From NCBI GenBank assembly GCA_040954595.2, contig CM082577.2:16685903-16749902 (forward strand): 64,000 bases of DNA, given 5' to 3'. Below the pieces are notes generated by a model. That model made no database searches. It had not been told where the DNA came from and saw nothing but the letters and a program-made list of their open reading frames with translations. Position numbers and translations under genes: made by a program. Origin of the DNA: Balanoglossus misakiensis. Taxonomy: Eukaryota > Animalia > Hemichordata. Each line of letters begins with the position of its first letter. Positions within the stretch are counted from its first letter, which is position 1. Of this stretch, positions 45,690 through 59,400 are shown piece by piece.

Positions 45690-48200
45690 TTAAAGACTGC
45701 ATTTATTTCTGCTTACTGTTTCTATTTTTCCGCTGACTGTCATGCGCCTCTTTGTAGGTGACTGTTCTATCTCAGCTACGTACGTAATTCCTTGTAGATT
45801 GTAGAAAACATCCTCTACTTCTCTGTTGACTGGGAATGCTTTGGTGCCTGTGTAAGCAATCTGTGGAAGGAAATGATGTTGTACTCCATCAGTGTTTGAT
45901 GTCAGAGGGCATAAAGAGGAGGGATACATTATTTTCTAAAACCAAGAAGTGTCCATTGGTAGACTGTAGGGTAATTAATTCAGAGCAATTTGTTCAAAAA
46001 ACGTTTCACAAATGTGCGAGAAACTGCTGGATACAATGTACATGCACATGCGTTAGGCGACAGCATAAAAAACCATGTTGCCGTTCCCTACATCTGATTT
46101 TAATCAGATTGATGTGTTCCCTGAAACAGCTTCATAAGCACTCCATTGTTACTTTCAAAGATGAAGGATGGTGTAGCCCAGAGTGGTGCCCAATGTCCCA
46201 CACTGGTAAACAAATGTAATAGTACATGCATGTTGAAAGACATCACTTCTTTTCCATACAACTGTTCTGTTTGAGCAACAAACTTTCTAATGGCTTGCTC
46301 TGCCCAATCAAGAGAGTGTCTTGTTACATTTTCTTGAAGCAAAGTGTGAATCCCAAAGACCAGCAAAAACTAATGGCTGAGATATGCTGCAGGCAGAACA
46401 CCTTTCAGAACAATCAATGAATAGAAAACAAGAAATGCCCTCCATTCTGAACATTCCAGTATTTTCTAGAGACTGAGTACAATGAACCAACACCCAATAA
46501 AACACAATGTAAATAGTCTGGAACAAACCCTTTCACAATGTCAAAATTTGGAATAAGCATACAGATACTTGGTCCCTTCACACCCATCACTAGTTTGTCA
46601 TATTCAACAGCCTGCCTACAACACTGCTCAAACTGATGCTTATTCCTCAGTTCAGGATGAGAAAGGTCTTGAATACTATACACACGGGCAAAACCGTTGC
46701 TCTTTGCAATGAATTCTCCGGAGTGAAGGCAACAGTCACATCCATACTGCCCATTATACTGCTTACAGTTACGAATCATTGGTCGGGCTACTGAATCAGA
46801 ACTACACAATATTAAACACATGAGCACGTGTTCTGATTTTCTCACACTCCTGGCCGCTGGGAGTGTGGGATAGAGAGTGTGGGATCAAATCGATCCCACA
46901 CTCTGTGTTAATACGCACACAGACAACTGTTATCTGACACGAGCTCTGATTGGATAATGATATCCATACCCCTCAGAACGAGCAAATATTATCCAATTGT
47001 GCAATGTGTTGAACACAATTAACCGGAACTACAATGTGATCAGGTCATGTGCAGACGACAGTGGTGTACATGGTTGGCGACAGACCAAAAAAAACAGTTG
47101 TATTTTCTAGTTATCGCGCGAATTTATGCCACTGGAAACAATCTCCATATTTTAATGTGTTGAGCGTATTTTTATAGCATGTGTGTACTGTAAACTTGTG
47201 ATGAAATGGGGACTATGTTTTGCGGGGCGGATCAATATATGACTGGTCATGCAGTTATCAGTTGGTATTTTATAGATTTAGTTCTTTTATTGTAAATAAA
47301 CGTTAATATCGCAAATTTCTGGTCGTGTGAGAAAAAGAATCTCACACACCAAGGACCTGGGATCCTATTTCTCACACTCGTCAAGGATATTTTGTCACAC
47401 ACTTGCGATCGCCTGCGGCTCGTGTGGGACAAAAAATCCCCAACTCGTGTGAGAAATACGATCCCAGGTCCTTGGGAGTGTGAGATTCTCTTATCTCACC
47501 AGTAAGTGGATTTTCCCAGTTGAAACCATCAATACTCAATTTCAAACATTCTTCCACGAATGGGGCCAAAGAGCTATCCATTTGTGGTTTTAATTGACCA
47601 AACCATAGGCCAGGCATCAGGATGTTCTTTTTTGACATTTTGGAGACAGTTCTGTTACAACACATTGAATTGGCCAAATTGAAAACCCAGAACACTTGAA
47701 GGTAGGGACCCCATCATAATTCCAAATGATTCTTAAATCATTATCCCCTATAATACCATTTTCAAGAAGATCTTGATGGAAAGATCCACCTGATAATGTT
47801 GAATCAGACAATTCACTATTTACGTTTTGATTTTCAAACAGATCTTTGAGTTGATCCTTGAGTGACAATACAATGAAAAAGGTGCTATTCTTTACAGAAG
47901 TTTCCTCACTGAATGGCTCATTACACAAGTCTCAATTACAATTTCACCTTCAGCGCCAAGATATGTCATACAACTGCAACAATATAAATGCTTTTTACAA
48001 AATATGGCTGTCTCAGCAAAACATTTCTTAAATAGATATGGCGTCATAGGAACAGTCTCTGGAGCTGTAAGGTTGATGATATGCAATAAGTCCTGAAGAG
48101 CATCTTTTGTTAGTTTGTGAACAAACAAATGAGAACAAATGCTTACAGCAGCAGACAAAGCTGTACAGTTGTTCATTTTCTTCTGGAAACCCCTGTAGTA
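45690..48200 (-). pseudogene. EnSpm/CACTA-type transposase, decayed
   Basis: NYDGVP..SIWP, GLWFG..KP, DSVARP..QYNGQYGCDCC, GVKGPS, PDYLHCVLLGV, NMHVLLH, PLW...FIFESNNG. Confidence 0.85.
46840..47485. mobile_element. Non-autonomous inverted-repeat element inserted in the EnSpm ORF
   Basis: TCTCACACTCC ... GGAGTGTGAGA termini with multiple internal CTCACAC/GTGTGAG palindromes; coding sequence resumes on both sides. Confidence 0.7.
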
Positions 48201-48390
48201 GTAGAGAGACATAATTAGCATAAACACACAACTTCACCATGATTCTTCAGGTGTCTTGTTAGTGCAGGAGCTAAGCCCTAAATTTTGGCATAATTGCAAG
48301 CATGTTTTACAACCCACATTTCTGTGTCTGGGTGTTACAAGTGACCAAAAAGTGCCATTAATGGGGGGGGGGAGTGTAAATGTCAGTTTC

Positions 48391-48409
48391 TGACCACTAG
48401 AGGGCGCTG
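48391..48409 (+). promoter_or_regulatory. CTCF consensus motif inside a DNA-transposon end fragment
   Basis: TGACCACTAGAGGGCGCTG matches the CTCF core CCASYAGRKGGCRS; binding unproven. Confidence 0.45.
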
Positions 48410-48516
48410 TATTTTGGGATCCATATTGGAAAATGGCCGCCATGGGTCAATGCATAAGTGTACCAAGTTTCATGCTTTTAACCCAAAGTGCACAATTGTT
48501 TGGTTAACTGCCCCAC

Positions 48517-48752
48517 TATATCTTTGTGACAATTTGTGTGTCCACTTGTCTTGTTCTGCTATCAGTGTAAGGGCTTGTGTTGGTGTGTGTACCTATGCTG
48601 GTTTTGCTATCTTTGTGACAATTTGTGTGTCCACTTGTCTTGTTCTGCTATCAGTGTAAGGGCTTGTGTTGGTGTGTGTACCTATGCTGGTTTTGCTATC
48701 TTTGTGACAATTAATGTGTCCACTTGTCTTGTTCTGCTATCAATGTCAGGGC
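48517..48752. repeat. 89-bp tandem repeat, ~2.6 copies
   Basis: TCTTTGTGACAATT recurs at 48521, 48610, 48699. Confidence 0.9.
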
Positions 48753-50229
48753 TAGTGTGGCATGCATAATATAAGAGCTTCAAATCGACATACTTATTTC
48801 AACGTTGCAATGTTATTGGTCATGTACCAGTGTAAAAGAATCATGTCAATGATATCAGTGATATTTTTAATTGACTTTTACGTTCTACACATTTATTAAA
48901 CTAAAAATTAAATCCATTTTCTCTTATGGTTTAACCATTATGTGTGTCTTATATTACTCTTACTTTTTGGTTAAACAAGAAGGGAGTGCTGTGTTTATGC
49001 AGATCTGTGTGATTGTGCCCTTTCTTTGCTTGTTTCCCCAGATAAAATTGTGCAATTGACAGACAAACCATTTTAACGGGAGACAGATTTATAAACTAAT
49101 TGCTATGGGTGGAAACACAGAGGCAATATTACAACAGCAAGTGCAGTTTTATAAAGTAACTTTATATAATGGTTGTACTAACAATGAAAGAACCAAACAT
49201 CGCTGTTAGCGATGGAATGATTGATCAAACAACGTTCTACTCTTTGTAGGCTGTTAAAGCCCCAATAACAAAATCTCAAAAGATGTCTGCGATGCAACAA
49301 CAAAATATCAAGTCCATGATTACTTTTGATCCAAAAAATACATACAAGTCGACATACATGTACCTCCTTACTCATACAGATGAATACAGTTACACAACCA
49401 TTCCATTACCTTCTATAGACAAGTCTATAGTACATGTAGCTAAATAGTATACTCCTTCACTTAAAGTGCGTAGCTCTCTAGTTATCTAATCTTTCAGTTG
49501 TATGATAGATTGGTCTATTTCTCTTGCTTTAAGCAGTAGACGTGCAAGTTCAGGCATCTTTTGGCTGATGTGTGCATCATTCCATTTTATTCTCTTTACA
49601 GTGATAGGAACCGAACAATAATAAAGATGTTAATACCATGTCACCATTTTTTGAAGAAAAAAAATTGTCGGGAGAATATGGCACCATGACTGTTAATAAT
49701 TTTTCTTAGTTTGTCTTTTACACACTAAAATGCATGATCAAAAGTTTCTGAAATTTTAAAACAATCATACTGACATAATGTTAACAATATCTGTGTCGCA
49801 GAATATTTGAACTTGAAAATTAAAGCAATGCAATTTTGCGAATTCAAGCAAACTGATGAAAAGAATCTTGAAAATTTTGATCAGTGATTGTGTTTTATAA
49901 ATCTGAGACTCAGCTTTGCTGACAGTATTTTAGATTATGTTAGAATGATCATTTGCAAGTCTTTAGAGTAACAATTTTTCTCGTACTTTCATATTAAGAC
50001 AAAAAAACCTCAAAATACAATTGTAAGTGACACAGCCATAGAATTCTATAACGGGGTGGGGGGTTGCAAACTCATAAACCACGTTTGCATAACATTTAAT
50101 CCAAAATGAGTAACGATGATATTGGGTGGGGGTGCATACTCAGAATCAACCTTTGTTGATATTTTTAACATTATTTCAGTATGTTATAATCTTATAATGT
50201 TAACAATATAGTTTTTGTAAATCATCATG

Positions 50230-50843
50230 AGAACACACCCACAAACCTTCAAATCAAATTTCAAAGCAATGGGGGTAGAGGGTTCTGAGAAAGAGTTTTG
50301 ACCAAAAAATGGCAAAAATCACCCAATAATATACTTTTGAATTTCAAGTTGATTTGAAAAATAATACATGCAAGTCTTACTTGGGTATACCCTCAGGAAC
50401 ATGCCTACCAAATTTCAAAGCAATCTGACAAGCAGATTTAGAGTTTTGATTGATTGATTGAACAAAATTTGATCAAAAAGGCAAAAATTGCTCTAAAGTT
50501 ATAAATATGCAAGTTTTGCAAGAATTTAAACAAAACTATTAGCACAAAACATACAAAACAGTGTGAGGTTAACATAAGGTACATGCATACCAATTTTCAA
50601 ATCAATCTGACCAGTGGTTATGAGTTTCTGAGTTTTGTTGACCAATTTCACATTTTCCCCAGCTAATTTGCATTATTTTTGGACAAACTCCCATCTACAG
50701 CCCGACCTGCATCTGCACACCAAATATCGAGGTTATACGTGCAGCGGTTTTCAAGTTTTTGATGTGAACGGACAAACATACATACATACACAACCGATTC
50801 CATAAGGACCCATGGTATATATACATACCCAAATGTGACCTAA
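50230..50843 (-). mobile_element. Second copy of the Helentron-associated element (5' part, inverted)
   Basis: Reverse complement of ~16360-17000, including the (ACAT)n tract. Confidence 0.7.
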
Positions 50844-51439
50844 AAAACGCTTTGAAATTTAACTCAAGCTATCATCTTCACATACAAAAATCGATAACGA
50901 TCAAATTTGCCAGTGTTCATAAACCGGTCACCACACTTGCTTTTCACTCGAAAAAGATGGAAGATGTGTGTGGTCGAACGTTGATTCTCTTTTTATCCAC
51001 ATGTACATTAACATAAACAATGTCTTGTCAATGCCACAAAGTTTCTGCCTATTATAATGAGAAGACGGACAGCGTACAGATCCCATCATTGGCATAACAT
51101 AATTAATGGAAAAGGACGGTGAGAGAGAGACTTTGTCCCTCTAAACTAAAACAAGATGAATTGTCAAATGTTTAGGTAATCAACACAACGTATATTGTGC
51201 ATACGGTACATTGTTATTGTGCACAATTGGAATTCAAGTCCAGACTAGAATTCATTTTCCAACCATAAAGATGGTAAATCACCAGCAGGCTATACTGACA
51301 AGCATGGTCCTGAGTATATTATCATGTTGTTTAGAGTAAAACAAGAAATTGCATTTGGTACACAGAACAATACTGGAAATAATTACCTTTCATGGAAATC
51401 TTACAGGTTACATGAATTCACCCTTTTTCCTTTGTTTGA

Positions 51440-54030
51440 TTTTATTCCACACTTGACTTTTTATCTGTCTCCAGTTCCTTGCTTCGAGAATGGGATACTT
51501 CTTCATACACTGATGGATATCATCCTGGCCAGGACATTAGAACGTCTTGAGATTAACTGCATTCTCTTCCTCCGACCAATTTCTTAACCCTTTCTCATGA
51601 CATGATTTTGCTGTGTTAAGTTCTATGAAAAGAAACATAATGAAATATTTCATACATTTCACACAAGAATTAACTTAATTTCATACATTGTATATCAAAT
51701 GGTGATTAATGTGTACACTGTCACATAAGTGACAGCCTTGCAATAGGCCAAAGTCCCAAGTGCACATAAGGCAAGCAGACCAGGGCACTGTGTGATGTCT
51801 GTGCATGCAGCCATAAACTACTCACTGGGCGGCATTTCTCCTGAATTGGCATTACACTCAGCACCATCTGTTGCTGTATCTGCACAATTAGTTCGACTGG
51901 TAGAAGTGATGCAAGATTCTGCACTTATTGCCACTGCAGGTGGTGAAGCTGATGGTAAATTAGGTTTGGTACGGCAGGAACCAATGTCTCCGGAACCATG
52001 ACAACCATCTTCTTCCTCAGTACCATTGGCATTAAAATCATCTTCACCATCACTACCAAGGTTGTCATCATCGCAGTCATCATCATCAATGGACTCTATG
52101 GATATAAGAAAGCAAACAAGTCATTGTGTGTAAAAAGGGAAATTTTTGCTTTGCGTTTTTTTACTGTCATTTTTTCCTTGACTCACACAAAAACAGATGA
52201 TTTATCCAGTGTCCATTCTATTTTACAAGTCATTTGCATAATTTTAGAAATGACAACTTTGAACAAAATTTGAGCAGAGCTACAGTTCATGATGCACTTA
52301 AATATCAAATAAAGGTGAAAAGTGCAAAATTTCGCAAGTTTTTTGTTGTTGCATTCCCATGAAAGGTACCAAGATACAACAATTGTCCCTGCAAAAGGCT
52401 GGTCCTTTTGTGCAAAGACCATTGAAATGAGCATGACATTTAAAATAGACATACTCACCATCTGGATCCAAGTTGATCTCATGCAATGTCTTTCCCCTGT
52501 ATAGGTCCATGTTTCCCCTTTCCATTGAAAGGAGAATTTTGGCAACTTTGGCAGTTTGGAAAGCATCATCAGGAAGTCTATAGAACATACTATGTACTTC
52601 TTGGCTGTGCCCTATAAATGTTGACAGCTGTTGCAGTTCTGGATCACCCATATTCAGAATCTGAGCCACTGTTGCAACCTGTTTTCTTCGCTTTGTTGAT
52701 GTTATATGTGATGCATTTGAAAGTCCAGCCATGTGTGCATACTTTCTTAGTACATCAGAACCTCTGATGTGGTCTTCAGATTCAAAATACGTACGTGCAA
52801 ACACATACTTGTTTGATGCAGGAATGCCAACTTCACTTCGTTTACTGTTTAGCAATTCAACAGAATCTTTCATTGTTGGTGTTAACAAAAGGGCCACTTT
52901 GTTGCTTCTCTTCCCAATCATCTCAATTCTAGTAAAATGTAGGTACAGTTTCTTCTCCACCTCTGATAAGCTCCTCATAATTTCATCATTCGCTGTCTGA
53001 CCAAACTTCATGTTGTATGTTTCTAACTTTAGTCTTCCGACTTCTCCACTTCTCCTTCTGTTGAACAGAATTATTTGGGACAGTGTTATTTCAGAAAGTT
53101 GTCTCCAAACTGACACTATTGGTTTACAACTTTATCACTCAGCTTCTTTGCTAATTCGGATGACCTGGTCTGTAGGAAGCTGTTCAACTTCTTGATATCA
53201 GCTGTCAGTGGCAACCTCTTCGGCTTGTTCCATGATACTTTGAGTACTTGTAGGGCACGGCAGGAGATTTCTTTGGTCCACTGGGAATCCAGCAAATGCT
53301 TGAAATCGTCCATTTCTCTTTGAAGCTGTTGATTGCCTTTCAGAATAGCATCAGTTTTGAGAATTGTCACCACAACTTGCAATAAATTGCCAATGATGGG
53401 ATCTGTACGCTGTCCGTCTTCTCATCATAATTGGCAGCTAACTTTGTGGCATTGACAACAGTAGAGAAACGTTCTCTAGTTATGCAATTTTTCAATTGTA
53501 TGATAGATTGGTCTATTTCTCTTGCTTTAAACAGTAGACGTGCAAGTTCACGCATCTTCACGCACCCCCCCCCCTCCATACAAACTAGTCATTTTCAGTG
53601 TCAAGGCTTCTGCTTGGGTTTTCGATTTTCCTTTTTGAACCATACTGGACGCTGGTCTATGCCTACACACCTTCATGTGCCGCCACAATGATTTGCCAGC
53701 GAAGAGACCGTGACAGTGTTGGCACGGGAGAAAATCATCAACTTTTTAGATGATGGGCATCTCCAGTTCTCCTTTTTTGTCTTTCCATACTTTCTTATTG
53801 TGCTCATAATTACCCTTGTTCCGGATTGCTTCAAGCAATATCTGTCTTTCCTTAGATTTTGGTGGTTTGCTGGCTGCACACAAGACTTCCAATTCTTTAC
53901 CATGTACAGCGAAAAGATGTCTTGCTATTTTGCTTCCGTTGTACTCACAATATAAACAGTATTGGGGCTTGCCAGAAGTTGTTCTTTTGCCATTTTTCAA
54001 GCTTGTAGTTTTCGCTGAAATTTGTGCCAC
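51440..54030 (-). pseudogene. Tyrosine-recombinase-like gene (FNRRR family) with N-terminal C2H2 fingers and C-terminal Myb/SANT-like exon
   Basis: YCLYC..IARHL..H, KMRELARLL, IILFNRRRSGEV, GKR..VALLL, TSTKRRK.VAT, FIGHS.EVH..FYRLP, acidic exon, then NWSEEE..PG..RNWRQIKSQVWN. Frameshifts. Confidence 0.7.
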
Positions 54031-54399
54031 ATCATTACTATCTTCTTCACCAATACCATTATGATCGTCATGATGTTCCTTGCTACTCTTAATTTTCGAA
54101 CATATTATCGTTGAATTGATAGCTGCAACCCTTTGACTTCTTAGTTACTTCACCATCCTTTCTTTTACTGCCACACTCAAATTACCCTTTTTCTAGTTTT
54201 CGATGACAATCCACAGTGGTACTCTTTTGCTTTGATCCATGTAACACACCCTTGATTTCTGCATGTGGCTGTGATTCCTTGGTGATCTGAAAAAATAGCA
54301 TGACTGGTCATTTTTTTAGCTCTGCTGTCACTTGTGTCAGCAGAGCTGTAGCTGTAGGTTGATAAGTGTCCATCCAGCATCCGTCAACTTTTGATATTT

Positions 54400-54815
54400 C
54401 AATCTTCTTCTTTAAAACAACTTGGCATATTTAGCTGAAATTTGGTTGGAATGTGTGTTATGGTGCCCTTAACTGATTTTGTTAATTTGGATTTGATTGG
54501 GTCATGAATATGCAAATTAGATCTAAAAATAGAAGTTTTGGTAAAATTCTGCTTCTCCAGAACTACATGTGCAATGGAGCTGAAATTTGGTAGGAATGTG
54601 TGTTATGGTGCCCCTACCTGATTTTGTAAATTTTGATTTGATGGGGTCATGATTATGCAAATTAGATCTAAAAATAGAAGTTTTTGTCAAAAATCTTCTT
54701 CTCCATAACTACATGTACATGTACGATGGAGCTAAAATTTGGTAGGAATGTGTGTTATGGTGCCCCTACCTGATTTTGTTAATTTGGATATGATGGGGTC
54801 ATAAATATGCAAACA
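54400..54815. repeat. ~145-150 bp tandem repeat, ~3 copies (Helentron-type core)
   Basis: GCT(G/A)AAATTTGGT(A/T)GGAATGTGTGTTATGGTGCCC recurs at 54435, 54579, 54731. Confidence 0.85.
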
Positions 54816-56139
54816 GTGAGTTTTCGTCCACTGTCTTGCCACTTAGTCAACTTTTTATTTCGGAGACTATCTTTAAGAACAGTTACTTGATACATAATTT
54901 GGTCTTTAAGGGCCTTCGTTTGTCACTTAGTTTTACTTTCTGTAGCTTTCTATCTACCTCAGGCTCATCTTCCCAAACACCCCACTTATTTACAATTCTC
55001 TTCTAAGACTGGTGTCTGTTCTTCTGTTTTCGGTGATGCTGTTTTTTCCAATCTTGATTTCTGTAATTTAAGTCTCTTTTTGTGCATGTATTCTCTTTTT
55101 TTTTTCTTTTTGGTGCTTGCTTACGAGCTATCTGCAAATATATCATTTTGATATGTTGTGGCAGCTTATGAAGATAAGCAGAAGTTGTTTTCTGAAACAA
55201 ACACCAGCCTTAGCTACTCTACTCTGTTGTTGTGCATGTCTGATCTGTCTGTCAAGGTCAGAGAAATCACTTTCTGTTCGAATATTTGTCAGTGGTGCGC
55301 TTAATTTGGACCTGCTCATACAGAATCTGTAGCCCACCCGGGAGTCGCTTACTAAGCTGCCTTTCAGTTTCAACAACAGGTAGCATCCACTTGCAAAATG
55401 TTTGCAATGCATCCAGTGTTCATTCCTATACGGCAATGATTCATGGTAAATTAAATCCTGTTTTTTCTTTCCACGTGAAGCCCATATAAAACAAGGGCTA
55501 CATTCCTGATTATGGTATTTTGGGGAAGGACGGCCCCTTGGCCTTTACACTCCCACATCAGGATTACCTGAGTGAGCCCCAGCTGCCTCACACTTCTGTT
55601 TTCTGCCTGCAGCATAACAGCCACTGCCATCTGGTAGTACTTGCTGCTCAGAAACAGTATCACAAGAATTCATATTTTCTTTGAAAACAAGTTATTTACT
55701 TTTTTCAAAATAATTCAGTGACTGTCTGACAAAAATTACAGGTCAGAAACAGAAGTTAAAAGTGACAGTGTCGATCACTCGAGCGGCATCCCTCTTCAAT
55801 TGTATGTATATTCGCGGTTCTGATCATATGGGTTGGATTTCTCCCGAAGAAGGCGATACCCAGCACCGACAGTATTAGTGCACCTTTATAGTGGTATCCC
55901 CCACTGCCAGTACTTTGTGTACGATGAGCGAAGGCATTCTCTGAAGAGTATAGTATTGTGACACGATGACTTGGTGATGTTGTTCGCTCGCCTGCTTTTT
56001 CGGTTGTGCGGGGCTTGTAGTGTCGCTGTCGTCAAAAATAGTGTAGGCACCGAAATCAAAATTTATTATTATTTAAAAAGCACTGGTGAATTTTTTTCTT
56101 ATTGACCCGGAAGCAAGTTTGTTTTTAATTGACGGGATA

Positions 56140-56440
56140 TCCCTCTGTACCAGGGCTGTGTGGTATATTTACGTAGCGGGGATGTAAACTGACACATACT
56201 GCACCAGGGGTATAGTGAACACCTATGTACCAGCTGTGTGTGTTCACATTACTGGTACAGTAATATGCACAGCCCTGTACCAGCCCTGTGTGAATTATCT
56301 ATGGAGGGGTCCTGATATTGACAGCCCCTGGCACATACATTCTTACAGCCCTGTACCAGCCCTATTTTTTAGAATAGCTGTAGCAGCTATGTGTACAGCC
56401 ATGTACCAGCCCTTTTTCATTCAGCCCTGTAACAGCCCTT
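56140..56440. repeat. Cluster of short CAGCCCTGTACCAG motifs, probable transposon subterminal repeats
   Basis: About 8 degenerate copies with irregular spacing. Confidence 0.55.
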
Positions 56441-59400
56441 ATATTCTCATCCATGTCACATACATCTGTTTTATTTTGCTGTTGGATTGAATACAGTAAC
56501 AATCTTACTTTTCACTCGTCAAAATACACAAATGAACACTTACTTATTCATACAGTGTATTAATTAAAATGCTTTATTTCCCTGCTTACATATAAAAATA
56601 ATATCTACTATTAGTGATTGCCAATAAAATATTTGTTTAATCGGTAGAATGAATATAATTTATTATGTTGGAATTTCTTTATGCGCATGATTTGATTCAT
56701 TTTATGAGTTGTGACAACTCTACATGTAGTCTTCTCACATATGTGTTGGATACATGCATGTCCTATCAAGCTCTTAGATTCAAAACATTCAATATCACCA
56801 GCTAGTTTCAGCATTTTACAGGTATATGTACAAAATCTCTGTATATCAATAAATTTCTGTATAACAATAACCGACTTCCCGTCTACTGCCACACACTTCC
56901 TGACAATTCCATAGGCTACCTGTTTAAAAAAAGGGAGTCAAATATCCTTCATTAGAATACATCTATCCTTGAAAATAATAGAAATCAACATGCCGTAAAA
57001 ACACAAAACTGCCAAGGATTCTGTCTGGTGCAGATAAACTGCACAATGGCTACGTATGGTTTGGTCCAAATTTGTTGTTTTAAATGGTAGAATTGGACCT
57101 CTATAGAGGGAACTGGGGTGAAGGGATAAGGAATTGTACAAGAATCTGTAGTTGCTTAAAGGGTAAAAAGAATAATGCAACTGTTACCGGGTACATATAT
57201 ATACACAACAAATTGGCAATTGAACAATGGATGAATGGTATACTGGGTGTATTTATGCTGCCATACACTTGCTTTATTTATATTCTGGATTTGCCATTGT
57301 TTGATTAAATCTTATGGATCACACCAAATATTTATTTTACACAAACAATCAACATGGTTTGTAATTTCATAGTTACCTACATTTGACAATTCAGTCCTGT
57401 ACATAGCATTATGTCCAACCTTCACTAGTCTACCTCCTGCACGTACACCTCCATAATGCTCCACGTTTTGGATTGTTTCTCCTGTCACCCTATGACAAAA
57501 GTGCAAAATTGGTTTGTATAGTATTATTGAACCACTGCCACAACAATAGAAATCAACATGGACTAAAAATAACTGCCTTCGGTGGGGCTTATTGCTTAAT
57601 TAAAGACCTCTTAAGTGCTGTTAGCTCCTCTTCCTCCATATTTCGTTCCTCATGACTTCTCTAGAATGAGAAATGAAAAACATGTTACAATAATAAAGTT
57701 AAAATAAAACAGCAGTACGATAAAACTTCCTTCACTTACGAAATGATTTGAAAAGACAGGAATGTGTTGTGTTTGATGACTTAGTTAATAGTAACCTACA
57801 AAACTACGTGATCAACCCTACAAAATTTCATGATAAACACACCTGTATGTATTGGTAAACAAGTCATTGTCGATGATATAGATCATGCATGATGATCATA
57901 TAAATGTTTCTTTATTTGTGGCATATCACAAAACACTAATTATCCCCCCCCCCCAAGGATTTCAACTGCAGGCACTGACAACCTCTGCAGTACCTCATGA
58001 TATGTGTATTGCACAGGTTAGCTTTACTCTCATTTCACACTTACATGCGGTCATGAAAGTGCATGTACCTCTAGTAAAAATAAGCCTGAAGACAACATAC
58101 CAATGCAAGTTCACCATGTGTCCTGACATGCATGTTGCAATTTCTATTGAGAAACCTCTGTATGTAGCTCGCTTCGTACATGTCTCTTAATTTTGGCCCG
58201 CAGTGCCTACAAGAGGAAATTATAAATGAAGAGAATTTATACCCATATGATGGCAGTACCGGTAATTAACTAGAATCATAGCTAGAATAAATATAATGCC
58301 TGTGAATGTTGAGTTAGGGAAATTGCAATTTTACTAAGACTGATACTGAAAATGTCAGAATGACCAAAGTTGGATGCCTGATGTAATATTTCATGTCAAA
58401 TAACCCCAAATGAATCAATGAATGAATCATTATAAAGATAAGTGATCAAGTAATTCTAAATGTTGCCATACAGCATTGATTGGATTTTTAAAATTTTGCT
58501 GTTGATCATGATGCTCAGGTCAAATACAATGTCGAACTATCAAACATTTTGAAAAGAAAAGAAAAATCTCAACTCAATCAAAATCGTGCAATCAAATAAT
58601 TTTGTGTCTACGTAGAAAGAGTTCTGATAACCTTTCAACTTACATGGTTTTTTTGCCTTCTTGCCAGATTCCTCCTCTCATGATGAAGTCCAGAGTCATT
58701 AGCTTTCCAAAGGCATGTGTAACATCCTTTGAGAGATTTCTGTAATTACTAAAGATGCACCTTGATCTTACAACTCCCATGAACTGTTCACATCTGAAAA
58801 TAACATAGTCATGTCATGTGAGGTAAAATATGTCACATGGGTGCCCCTATGGCATGTCACTTGTAATTGGTCACGTAACATGGGATCAGAGTTCACAGCG
58901 CAGGCGTACTTACCAACTTGTTACGAAGTGGATGTCAAGTGGATGTCATTCGTTTCATCCAGAAACTATAATCCGTTGAAATCTTCCCAGCTTTTATGTT
59001 TGAGTCGTCCGTGGTTGGTGTGCGCGTGAGAAAAGTAAGCAATTATATTCCGTAACGTTCCTTTGAGTTGTATAATGACCAATTTATGTTATGTGCGTAC
59101 GCGTGTAACTGTATCACTCACAAATGGCACATGTGATAGTGCAGACGTCCTGCAATTGACAATTAAAGGGCTCACTCTATTGCAATAAAATTTGTAATGT
59201 AGAATGAATAGAATGGGCTATGTACACTAATACTGATGAATGATGTGGAACATTTGTTTATTATCTGCCAATCGCTGGAATTAAGATATGATTAACGTGA
59301 AAAAATCAAGACCATCAGAATTCAATTACCATACAATGCTTGCTTTCTGAATGAAGAAACACGCGACACAGATTGGCGGTCCGAGGCAAGGTGCCCCATT

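Noticed and set aside
55451-55663. SET domain upstream of the recombinase-like gene
   Set aside because: No SET motifs found in the frames examined.
56140-56440. CRISPR-like short repeats with unique spacers
   Set aside because: Repeats are degenerate and irregularly spaced, more like transposon subterminal motifs.
56611-57680. Exon-like minus-strand ORFs, possibly a transposase C-terminus (also plus-strand pieces at ~60285-60435 and ~61836-61993)
   Set aside because: No diagnostic motif recognisable without a search.
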